From Eledone cirrhosa (Eukaryota): a stretch of DNA of 64,000 nt. The DNA is taken from the NCBI GenBank assembly GCA_964016885.1, contig OZ024741.1, forward strand, positions 5,580,001 through 5,644,000. Direction: 5' to 3'. A model generated the notes under the pieces. The model saw only the letters and a program-made list of their open reading frames with translations, had not been told where the DNA came from and did not search any database. Shown one piece after another: positions 28,450 to 40,707 of this stretch; position 1 is the first letter of the stretch, and every line of letters begins with the position of its first letter. Position numbers and translations under genes: made by a program.

Positions 28450-31400
28450 GTCCACTTGAGGTTATTACAGTTGTCCACTTGAGGAGGCTATTACAGTGGT
28501 CCACTTGAGGTTATTACAGTGGTCCACTTGAGGAAGCTATTACAGTGGTCCACTTGAGGTTATTACAGTGGTCCACTTGAGGAGGCTATTACAGTGGTCC
28601 ACTTGAGGTTATTACAGTGGTCCACTTGAGGAGGTTATTACAGTGGTCCACTTGAGGAGGCTAGTACAGTGGTCCACTTGAGGTTATTACAGTGGTCCAC
28701 TTGAGGAGGTTATTACAGTGGTCCACTTGAGGAGGTTATTACAGTGGTCCACTTGAGGTTAATACAGAGGTCCACTTGAGGAGGTTATTACAGTGGTCCA
28801 TTTGAGGAGGTTATTACAGTGGTCCACTTGAGGAGGTTATTACAGTGGTCCACTTGAGGTTATTACAGTGGTCCACTTCAGGAGGCTATTACAGTGGTCC
28901 ACTTGAAGAGGCTATTACAGTGGTCCACTTGAGAAGGTTATTACAGTGGTCCTCTTGAGGTTATTACAGTGGTCCACTTGAGGAGGCTATTAGAGTGGTC
29001 CACTTGAGGAGGTTATTACAGTGGTCCACTTGAGAAGGTTATTACAGTGGTTCACTTGAGGTTATTACAGTGGTCAACTTGAGGAGGCTATTACAGTGGT
29101 CCACTTGAGGTGGTTATTACAGCGGTCCACTTGAGGTTATTACAGTGGTCCACTTGAGGCTATTACAGTGGTCCACTTGCGGAGGCTATTACAGAGGTCC
29201 ACTTGAGGAGGTTATTATAGGGGTCCACTTGAGGTGGTTATTACAGTGGTCCACTTGAGAAGGTTATTACGGTGGTCCAGTTTAGGTTATTACAGTGGTC
29301 CACTTGTGGAGGTTATTACAGTGGTCAACTTGAGGTTATTACAGTGGTCCACTTGAGGAGGTTATTACAGTGGTCCACTTGAAGAGGTTATTACAGTGGT
29401 CCACTTGAGGTTATTACAGTGGTCCACTTGAGGAGGTTATTACAGTGGTCCACTTCAGGTTATTACAGTGGTCCACTTGAGGTGGCTATTACAGTGGTCC
29501 ACTTGAGGAGGCTATTACAGTGGTCCACTTGAGGAGGTTATTACAGTGGTCCACTTGAGGAGGTTATTACAGTGGTCCACTTGAGGTGGCTATTACAGTG
29601 GTTCACTTGAGGTTATTACAGTGGTCCAATTGAGGAGGTTATTACAGTGGTCCACTTGAGGTTATTACAGTGGTCCAATTGAGGAGGTTATTACAGTGGT
29701 CCACTTGAGGAGGTTATTACAGTGGTCCACTTGAGGTTATTACAGTGTTCCACTTGAGGTGGTTACTACAGTGGTCCACTTGAGGAGGTTATTACAGTGG
29801 TCCACTTGAGGTTATTACAGTGGTCCACTTGAGGACGCTATTACAGTGGTCCACTTAAGGTTATTACAGTGGTCCACTTGAGGAGGGTATTACAGTGGTC
29901 CACTTGAGGCTATTACAGTGGTCCACTTGAGGAGGCCATTACAGTGGTCCACTTGAGGTTATTACAGTGGTCCACTTGAGGAGGCTATTACAGCGGTCCA
30001 CTTGAGGTTATTACAGTGGTCCACTTGAGGTTATTACAGTGGTCCACTTGAGGAGGCTATTACAGTGGTCCACTTGAGAAGGTTATTACAGTGGCCCACT
30101 TGAGGTTATAACAGTGGTCCACTTGAGGATGTTTTTAGAGTTGTCCACTTGAGGAGGTTATTACAGTGGTCCAATTGAGAAGGGTATTACAGTGGTCCAC
30201 TTGATGAGGCTATTACAGTGGTCCACTTGAGAAGGTCATTACAGTGGCCCACTTGAGGTTATTACAGTGGTCCACTTGAGGATGTTTTTAGAGTTGTCCA
30301 CTTGAGGAGGTTATTACAGTGGTCCAATTGAGAAGGTTATTACAGTGGTCCACTTGAGGTCATTACAGTGGTCCACTTGAGATGGTTATTACAGCGGTCC
30401 ACTTGAGGTTATTAAAGTAGTCCAATTGAGGTTATTACAGTGGTCCACTTGAGGTTATTCCAGTGGTCCACTTGAGGAGGTTATTACAGTGGTCCACTTG
30501 AGGTTATTACAGTGGTCCACTTGAGGTTATTACAGTGGTCCACTTGTAGGGGTTATTACAGTGGTGCACATCAGGTTATTACAGTGGTCCACATGAGGTG
30601 GCTATTACAGTGGTCCACTTGAGGAGGTTATTACAGTGGTCCACTTGAGGTTATTACAGTGGTCCACTTGAGGTTATTACAGTGGTCCACTTGAGAAGGT
30701 TATTACAGTGGTCCACTTGAGGAGGTTATTACAATGGACCACTTGGGGAGGTTATTACAGTGGTCCACATGAGGTGGCTATTACAGTGGTCCACTTGAGG
30801 AGGTTATTACAGTGGTCCACTTGAGGTTATTACAGTGGTCCACTTGAGGTTATTACAGTGGTCCACTTGAGAAGGTTATTACAGTGGTCCACTTGAGGAG
30901 GTCATTACAGTGGTCCACTTGAGGTGGTTATTACAGCGGTCCACTTGAGGTTATTAAAGTAGTCCAATTGAGGTTATTACAGTGGTCCACTTGAGGTTAT
31001 TCCAGTGGTCCACTTGAGGAGGTTATTACAGTGGTCCACTTGAGGTTATTACAGTGGTCCACTTGAGGTTATTACAGTGGTCCACTTGTAGGGGTTATTA
31101 CAGTGGTGCACATCAGGTTATTACAGTGGTCCACATGAGGTGGCTATTACAGTGGTCCACTTGAGGAGGTTATTACAGTGGTCCACTTGAGGTTATTACA
31201 GTGGTCCACTTGAGGTTATTACAGTGGTCCACTTGAGAAGGTTATTACAGTGGTCCACTTGAGGAGGTTATTACAATGGTCCACTTGGGGAGGTTATTAC
31301 AGTGGTCCTCTTGAGGAGGCTATTACAGTGGTCCACTTGATGTTATTACAGTCGTCCACTTGAGGAGGTTATTACAGTGGTCCACTTGAGGAGGCTATTA

Positions 31401-32836
31401 CAGTGGTCCACTTGAGGTTATTACAGTGGTCCACTTGAGGAGGTTATTACAGTGGTCCACTTGAGGAGGTTATTACAGTGGTCCACTTGAGGTTAATACA
31501 GAGGTCCACTTGAGGAGGTTATTACAGTGGTCCACTTGAGGTTATTACAGTGGTCCATTTGAGGAGGTTATTACAGTGGTCCACTTGAGGAGGTTATTAC
31601 AGTGGTCCACTTGAGGTTATTACAGTGGTCCACTTGTAGAGGTTATTACAGTGGTGCACTTCAGGTTATTACAGTGATCCACATGAGGATTTTATTACAG
31701 TGGTCCACTTGAGGTAGCTATTACAGTGGTCCACTTGAGGAGGTTATTACAGTGGTCCACTTTAGGTTATTACAGTGGTCCACCTGAGGTTATTACAGTG
31801 GTCCACTTGAGGAGGTTATTACAGTGGTCCACTTCAGGTTATTACAGTGGTGCACTTGAGGAGCCTATTACAGTGGTCCACTTGAGGTTATTAAAGTGGT
31901 CCACTTGAGGAGGTTATTACAGTGGTATATTTTAGGTGGCTATTACAGTGGTCCACTTGAGGAGGTTATTACAGTGGTCCACTTGAGGAGGTTATTACAG
32001 TGGTCCACTTGAGGAGGTTATTACAGTGGTCCACTTGAGGTTATTACAGTGGTCCACGTGAGGAGGCTATTACAGTGGTCCACTTGAGGTGGCTATTACA
32101 GTGGTCCACTTGACGAGGTTATTACGGTGGTCCACTTGAGGAGGCTATTACAGTGGTCCACTTGAGGAGGCTATTACAGAGGTCCACTTGAGGTGGTTAT
32201 TACAGTGGTCCACTTGAGGTTATTACAGTGGTCCACTTGAGGAGGTTATTACAGTGGTCCACTTGAGGTTATTACAGTGGTCCACGTGAGGAGGCTATTA
32301 CAGTGGTCCACTTGAGGAGGCTATTACAGTGGTCCACTTCAGGTTATTACAGTGGTGCACTTGAGGAGCCTATTACAGTGGTCCACTTGAGGTTATTAAA
32401 GTGGTCCACTTGAGGATGTTATTACAGTGGTACAGCTTAGGTGGCTATTACAGTGGTCCACTTGAGGAGGTTATTACAGTGGTCCACTTGAGGAGGTTAT
32501 TACAGTGGTCCACTTGAGGAGGTTATTACAGTGGTCCACTTGAGGTTATTACAGTGGTCCACGTGAGGAGGCTATTACAGTGGTCCACTTGAGGTGGCTA
32601 TTACAGTGGTCCACTTGACGAGGTTATTACGGTGGTCCACTTGAGGAGGCTATTACAGTGGTCAACTTGAGGTGGCTATTACAGTGGTCCACTTGAGGTT
32701 ATTACAGTGGTCCACTTGAGGAGGTTATTACAGTGGTTCACTTGAGGTTATTACAGTGGTCCACGTGAGGAGGCTATTACAGTGGTCCACTTGAGGAGGC
32801 TATTACAGTGGTCCACTTGAGGAGGCTATTACAGTG
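28450..32836 (+). repeat. ~4.4-kb tandem duplication, first unit
   Basis: AGGAAGCT at 28531/32918 (offset 4,387) and ORF 31726/36136 (offset 4,410). The CTTGCGGAGG and TATAGGGG markers are also repeated. Confidence 0.88.
30360..31310 (+). repeat. 542-bp-offset local duplication containing a nested 176-bp duplication
   Basis: GCACATCAGG at 30566/31108 and ACATGAGGTGGCT at 30591/30767. The same structure occurs at ~34770-35720 and ~58880-59830. Confidence 0.78.
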
Positions 32837-35800
32837 GTCCACTTGAGGTTATTACAGTTGTCCACTTGAGGAAGCTATTACAGTGGTCCACTTGAGGTTA
32901 TTACAGTGGTCCACTTGAGGAAGCTATTACAGTGGTCCACTTGAGGTTATTACAGTGGTCCACTTGAGGAGGCTATTACAGTGGTCCACTTGAGGTTATT
33001 ACAGTGGTCCACTTGAGGAGGTTATTACAGTGGTCCACTTGAGGAGGCTATTACAGTGGTCCACTTGAGGTTATTACAGTGGTCCACTTGAGGAGGTTAT
33101 TACAGTGGTCCACTTGAGGAGGTTATTACAGTGGTCCACTTGAGGTTAATACAGAGGTCCACTTGAGGAGGTTATTACAGTGGTCCACTTGAGGTTATTA
33201 CAGTGGTCCATTTGAGGAGGTTATTACAGTGGTCCACTTGAGGAGGTTATTACAGTGGTCCACTTGAGGTTATTACAGTGGTCCACTTCAGGAGGCTATT
33301 ACAGTGGTCCACTTGAAGAGGCTATTACAGTGGTCCACTTGAGAAGGTTATTACAGTGGTCCTCTTGAGGTTATTACAGTGGTCCACTTGAGGAGGCTAT
33401 TAGAGTGGTCCACTTGAGGAGGTTATTACAGTGGTCCACTTGAGAAGGTTATTACAGTGGTTCACTTGAGGTTATTACAGTGGTCAACTTGAGGAGGCTA
33501 TTACAGTGGTCCACTTGAGGTGGTTATTACAGCGGTCCACTTGAGGTTATTACAGTGGTCCACTTGAGGCTATTACAGTGGTCCACTTGCGGAGGCTATT
33601 ACAGAGGTCCACTTGAGGAGGTTATTATAGGGGTCCACTTGAGGTGGTTATTACAGTGGTCCACTTGAGAAGGTTATTACGGTGGTCCAGTTTAGGTTAT
33701 TACAGTGGTCCACTTGTGGAGGTTATTACAGTGGTCAACTTGAGGTTATTACAGTGGTCCACTTGAGGAGGTTATTACAGTGGTCCACTTGAAGAGGTTA
33801 TTACAGTGGTCCACTTGAGGTTATTACAGTGGTCCACTTGAGGAGGTTATTACAGTGGTCCACTTCAGGTTATTACAGTGGTCCACTTGAGGTGGCTATT
33901 ACAGTGGTCCACTTGAGGAGGCTATTACAGTGGTCCACTTGAGGAGGTTATTACAGTGGTCCACTTGAGGAGGTTATTACAGTGGTCCACTTGAGGTGGC
34001 TATTACAGTGGTTCACTTGAGGTTATTACAGTGGTCCAATTGAGGAGGTTATTACAGTGGTCCACTTGAGGTTATTACAGTGGTCCAATTGAGGAGGTTA
34101 TTACAGTGGTCCACTTGAGGAGGTTATTACAGTGGTCCACTTGAGGTTATTACAGTCTTCCACTTGAGGTGGTTACTACAGTGGTCCACTTGAGGAGGTT
34201 ATTACAGTGGTCCACTTGAGGTTATTACAGTGGTCCACTTGAGGACGCTATTACAGTGGTCCACTTAAGGTTATTACAGTGGTCCACTTGAGGAGGTTAT
34301 TACAGTGGTCCACTTGAGGCTATTACAGTGGTCCACTTGAGGAGGCCATTACAGTGGTCCACTTGAGGTTATTACAGTGGTCCACTTGAGGAGGCTATTA
34401 CAGCGGTCCACTTGAGGTTATTACAGTGGTCCACTTGAGGTTATTACAGTGGTCCACTTGAGGAGGCTATTACAGTGGTCCACTTGAGAAGGTTATTACA
34501 GTGGCCCACTTGAGGTTATAACAGTGGTCCACTTGAGGATGTTTTTAGAGTTGTCCACTTGAGGAGGTTATTACAGTGGTCCAATTGAGAAGGGTATTAC
34601 AGTGGTCCACTTGAGGAGGCTATTACAGTGGTCCACTTGAGAAGGTCATTACAGTGGCCCACTTGAGGTTATTACAGTGGTCCACTTGAGGATGTTTTTA
34701 GAGTTGTCCACTTGAGGAGGTTATTACAGTGGTCCAATTGAGAAGGTTATTACAGTGGTCCACTTGAGGTCATTACAGTGGTCCACTTGAGGTGGTTATT
34801 ACAGCGGTCCACTTGAGGTTATTAAAGTAGTCCAATTGAGGTTATTACAGTGGTCCACTTGAGGTTATTCCAGTGGTCCACTTGAGGAGGTTATTACAGT
34901 GGTCCACTTGAGGTTATTACAGTGGTCCACTTGAGGTTATTACAGTGGTCCACTTGTAGGGGTTATTACAGTGGTGCACATCAGGTTATTACAGTGGTCC
35001 ACATGAGGTGGCTATTACAGTGGTCCACTTGAGGAGGTTATTACAGTGGTCCACTTGAGGTTATTACAGTGGTCCACTTGAGGTTATTACAGTGGTCCAC
35101 TTGAGAAGGTTATTACAGTGGTCCACTTGAGGAGGTTATTACAATGGTCCACTTGGGGAGGTTATTACAGTGGTCCACATGAGGTGGCTATTACAGTGGT
35201 CCACTTGAGGAGGTTATTACAGTGGTCCACTTGAGGTTATTACAGTGGTCCACTTGAGGTTATTACAGTGGTCCACTTGAGAAGGTTATTACAGTGGTCC
35301 ACTTGAGGAGGTCATTACAGTGGTCCACTTGAGGTGGTTATTACAGCGGTCCAATTGAGGTTATTAAAGTAGTCCAATTGAGGTTATTACAGTGGTCCAC
35401 TTGAGGTTATTCCAGTGGTCCACTTGAGGAGGTTATTACAGTGGTCCACTTGAGGTTATTACAGTGGTCCACTTGAGGTTATTACAGTGGTCCACTTGTA
35501 GGGGTTATTACAGTGGTGCACATCAGGTTATTACAGTGGTCCACATGAGGTGGCTATTACAGTGGTCCACTTGAGGAGGTTATTACAGTGGTCCACTTGA
35601 GGTTATTACAGTGGTCCACTTGAGGTTATTACAGTGGTCCACTTGAGAAGGTTATTACAGTGGTCCACTTGAGGAGGTTATTACAATGGTCCACTTGGGG
35701 AGGTTATTACAGTGGTCCTCTTGAGGAGGCTATTACAGTGGTCCACTTGATGTTATTACAGTCGTCCACTTGAGGAGGTTATTACAGTGGTCCACTTGAG

Positions 35801-37285
35801 GAGGCTATTACAGTGGTCCACTTGAGGTTATTACAGTGGTCCACTTGAGGAGGTTATTACAGTGGTCCACTTGAGGAGGTTATTACAGTGGTCCACTTGA
35901 GGTTAATACAGAGGTCCACTTGAGGAGGTTATTACAGTGGTCCACTTGAGGTTATTACAGTGGTCCATTTGAGGAGGTTATTACAGTGGTCCACTTGAGG
36001 AGGTTATTACAGTGGTCCACTTGAGGTTATTACAGTGGTCCATTTGTAGAGGTTATTACAGTGGTGCACTTCAGGTTATTACAGTGATCCACATGAGGAT
36101 TTTATTACAGTGGTCCACTTGAGGTAGCTATTACAGTGGTCCACTTGAGGAGGTTATTACAGTGGTCCACTTTAGGTTATTACAGTGGTCCACCTGAGGT
36201 TATTACAGTGGTCCACTTGAGGAGGTTATTACAGTGGTCCACTTCAGGTTATTACAGTGGTGCACTTGAGGAGCCTATTACAGTGGTCCACTTGAGGTTA
36301 TTAAAGTGGTCCACTTGAGGAGGTTATTACAGTGGTATATTTTAGGTGGCTATTACAGTGGTCCACTTGAGGAGGTTATTACAGTGGTCCACTTGAGGAG
36401 GTTATTACAGTGGTCCACTTGAGGAGGTTATTACAGTGGTCCACTTGAGGTTATTACAGTGGTCCACGTGAGGAGGCTATTACAGTGGTCCACTTGAGGT
36501 GGCTATTACAGTGGTCCACTTGACGAGGTTATTACGGTGGTCCACTTGAGGAGGCTATTACAGTGGTCCACTTGAGGAGGCTATTACAGAGGTCCACTTG
36601 AGGTGGTTATTACAGTGGTCCACTTGAGGTTATTACAGTGGTCCACTTGAGGAGGTTATTACAGTGGTCCACTTGAGGTTATTACAGTGGTCCACGTGAG
36701 GAGGCTATTACAGTGGTCCACTTGAGGAGGCTATTACAGTGGTCCACTTCAGGTTATTACAGTGGTGCACTTGAGGAGCCTATTACAGTGGTCCACTTGA
36801 GGTTATTAAAGTGGTCCACTTGAGGATGTTATTACAATGGTACAGTTTAGGTGGCTATTACAGTGGTCCACTTGAGGAGGTTATTACAGTGGTCCACTTG
36901 AGGAGGTTATTACAGTGGTCCACTTGAGGAGGTTATTACAGTGGTCCACTTGAGGTTATTACAGTGGTCCACGTGAGGAGGCTATTACAGTGGTCCACTT
37001 GAGGTGGCTATTACAGTGGTCCACTTGACGAGGTTATTACGGTGGTCCACTTGAGGAGGCTATTACAGTGGTCAACTTGAGGAGGCTATTACAGAGGTCC
37101 ACTTGAGGTGGCTATTACAGTGGTCCACTTGAGGTTATTACAGTGGTCCACTTGAGGAGGTTATTACAGTGGTTCACTTGAGGTTATTACAGTGGTCCAC
37201 GTGAGGAGGCTATTACAGTGGTCCACTTGAGGAGGCTATTACAGTGGTCCACTTGAGGAGGCTATTACAGTGGTCCACTTGAGGT
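32837..37285 (+). repeat. ~4.4-kb tandem duplication, second unit
   Basis: Paralog of 28450-32836 with one extra 23-mer (~33170-33200), one extra 26-mer (~37079-37104) and several substitutions. Confidence 0.88.
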
Positions 37286-40200
37286 TATTACAGTGGTCCA
37301 CTTGAGGAGGCTATTACAGAGGTCCACTTGAGGTTAATACAGTGGTCCACTTGAGGTTATTACAGTGGTCTTCTTGATGTTATTACAGTGGTCCACTTGA
37401 AGTTATTACAGTGGTCCACTTGAGGAGGCTATTACAGAGGTCCACTTGAGATTATTACAGTGGTCCAATTGAGGAGGTTATTACAGTGGTCCACTTAAGG
37501 AGGTTATTACAGTGGTCCACTTGAGGAGACTATTACAGTGGTCCACTTGAGGAGGTTATTACAGTGGTCCACTTGAGGAGGTTATTACAGTGGTCCACTT
37601 GAGGTTATTACAGTGGTCCAATTGAGGAGGTTATTACAGTGGTCCACTTGAGGAGGTTATTACAGTGGTCCACTTGAGGTTATTACAGTGGTCCACTTGA
37701 GGTTATTACAGTTGTCCACTTGAGGAGGCTATTACAGTGGTCCACTTGATGTTATTACAGTGGTCCACTTGTGGAGGTTATTACAGTGGTCCACTTGAGG
37801 TTATTACAGTGGTCGACTTGAGGTTATTACAGTGGTCCACTTGAGGGGGCTATTACAGTGGTCCACTTGAGAAGGTTATTACAGTGGTCCACTTGAGGTT
37901 ATTACAGTGGTCCACTTGAGGAGTTTATTACAGTGGTCCACTTGAGGGGTTATTACAGTGGTCCACTTGAGAAGGTTATTACAGTGGTCCACTTGAGGAG
38001 GTTATTACAGTGGTCCACTTGATGTTATTACAGTGGTCCACTTGAGGGGGTTATTACAGTGGTCCACTTGAGGTTATTACAGTGGTCCACTTGAGGAGGT
38101 TATTACAGTGGTCCAATTGAGGAGGTTATTACAGTGGTCCACTTGAGGTTATTACAGTGGACCAATTGAGGAGGTTATTACAGTGGTCCGCCTGAGGAGG
38201 TTATTACAGTGGTCCACTTGAGGTTATTACAGTGGTCCATTTGAGGAGGTTATTACAGTGGTCCACTTGAGGTTATTACAGTGGTCCACTTGAGGAGGTT
38301 ATTAGAGTGGTCCGTTTGAGGAGGTCATTACAGTGGTCCACTTGAGGTTATTACAGTGGTCCACTTGAGGAGGTTATTACAGCGGTCCAATTGAGGAGGT
38401 TATTACAGTGGTCCACTTGAGGAGGTTATTACAGTGGTCCACTTGAGGAAGTTATTGCAGTGGTCCAATTGAGGAGTTTATTACAGTGGTCCACTTGAGG
38501 AGGTTATTACAGTGGTCCAGTTGAGGTTATTACAGTGGTACACTAGAGGAGGTTATTACAGTGGTCCACTTGAGGTTATTACAGTGGTCCACTTGAGGAG
38601 GTTATTACAGTGGTCCACTTGAGGTTATTACAGTGGTCCACTTGAGGAGGCTATTACAGTGGTCCACTTGAGGTTATTACAGTGGTCCACTTGAGGAGGT
38701 TATTACAGTGGTCCACTTGAGGTTATTACAGTGGTCCACTTGAGGAGGTTATTACAGTGGTCCAATTGAGGAGGTTATTACAGTGGTCCACTTGAGGTTA
38801 TTACAGTGGGCCACTAGAGGAGGTTATTACAGTGGTCCACTTGAGGTTATTACAGTGGTCCACTTGAGGAGGCTATTACAGTGGTCCACTTGAGGAGGTT
38901 ATTACAGTGGTCCACTTGAGGAGGTTATTACAGTAGTCCACTTGAGGTGGTTATTACAGTGGTCCACTTGAGGAGGTTATTACAGTGGTCCACTTGAGGT
39001 TATTACAGTGGTCAACTTGAGGAGGTTATTACAGTGGTCAACTTGAGGTTATTACAGTGGTCCACTTGAGGAGGTTATTACAATGGTCCACTTGAGGAGG
39101 TACTTACAGTGGTCCACTTGAGGAGGTTATTACAGTGGTCCACTTGAGGTTCTTACAGTGGTCCACTTGAGGAGGCTATTACAGTGGTCAACTTGAGGTT
39201 ATTACAGTGGTCCACTTGAGGAGGCTATTACAGTGGTCCACTTGAGGTTATTACAGTGGTGCACTTGAGGAGGTTATTAGAGTGGTCCACTTGAGGTTAT
39301 TACTGTGGTCCACTTGAGGAGGCTATTACAGTGGTCCACTTGAGGTTATTACAGTGGTCCACTTGAAGAGGCTATTACAGTGGTCCACTTGAGAAGGTTA
39401 TTACAGTGGTCCTCTTGAGGTTATTACAGTGGTCCACTTGAGGAGGCTATTAGAGTGGTCCACTTGAGGAGGTTATTACAGTGGTCCACTTGAGAAGGTT
39501 ATTACAGTGGTCCACTTGAGGTTATTACAGTGGTCCACTTGCGGAGGTTATTACAGTGGTCCACTTGGGGAGGTTATTATAGGGGTCCACTTGAGGTGGT
39601 TATTACAGTGGTCCACTTGAGAAGGTTATTACGGTGGTCCAGTTTAGTTTATTACAGTGGTCCACTTGTGGAGGTTATTACAGTGGTCCACTTGAGGTTA
39701 TTACAGTGGTCCACTTGAGGAGGTTATTACAGTGGTCCACTTGAGGAGGTTATTACAGTGGTCCACTTGAGGTTATTACAGTGGTCCACTTGAGGAGGTT
39801 ATTACAGTGGTCCACTTCAGGTTATTACAGTGGTCCACTTGTGGAGGTTATTACAGTGGTCCACTTGAGGAGGTTATTACAGTGGTCCACTTGAGGAGGT
39901 TATTACAGAGGTCCACTTGAGGTTATTACAGTGGTCCACTTGAGGAGGTTATTACAGTGGTCCACTTGAGGTTATTACAGTGGTCCACTTGTGGAGGTTA
40001 TTACAATGGTCCACTTGAGGAGGTTATTACAGTGGTCCACTTGAGGTTATTACAGTGGTCCACTTGAGGAGGTTATTACAGTGGTCCACTTGAGGTTATT
40101 ACAGTGGTCCACTTGAGGATTTTATTACAGTGGTCCACTTGAGGTTATTACAATGGTCCACATGAGGATTTTATTACAGTGTTCCACTTGAGGAGGTTAT

Positions 40201-40707
40201 TACAGTGGTCCACTTGAGGAGGTTATTACAGTGGTCCACTTGAGATTATTACAGTGGTCCACTTGAGGTTATTACAGTGGTCCACTTGAGGTGGCTATTA
40301 AAGTGGTCCACTTGTGGACGTTATTACAGTGGTCCACTTGAGGTTATTACAGTGGTCAACTTGAGGTGGCTATTACAGTGGTCCACTTGAGGAGGCTATT
40401 ACAGTGGTCCACTTGAGGAGGTTATTACAGTGGTCCACTTGAGGAGGTTATTACAGTGGTCCACTTGAGGTGGCTATTACAGTGGTTCACTTGAGGTTAT
40501 TACAGTGGTCCAATTGAGGAGGTTATTACAGTGGTCCACCTGAGGTTATTACAGTGGTCCAATTGAGGAGGTTATTACAGTGGTCCACTTGAGGAGGTTA
40601 TTACAGTGGTCCACTTGAGGTTATTACAGTGTTCCACTTGAGGTGGTTACTACAGTGGTCCACTTGAGGAGGTTATTACAGTGGTCCACTTGAGGTTATT
40701 ACAGTGG

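Larger units (their letters stand above)
2901..40707 (+). repeat. Higher-order repeat copy A (~24.1-kb core plus internal 9,335-bp and ~4.4-kb duplications, 37.8 kb total)
   Basis: Rare markers recur at offset 37,807: GTGGTTCCAC 3421/41228, ORF 7081/44888, GTCGAC 8413/46220. The match breaks down upstream of ~2900/40707. Confidence 0.9.
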
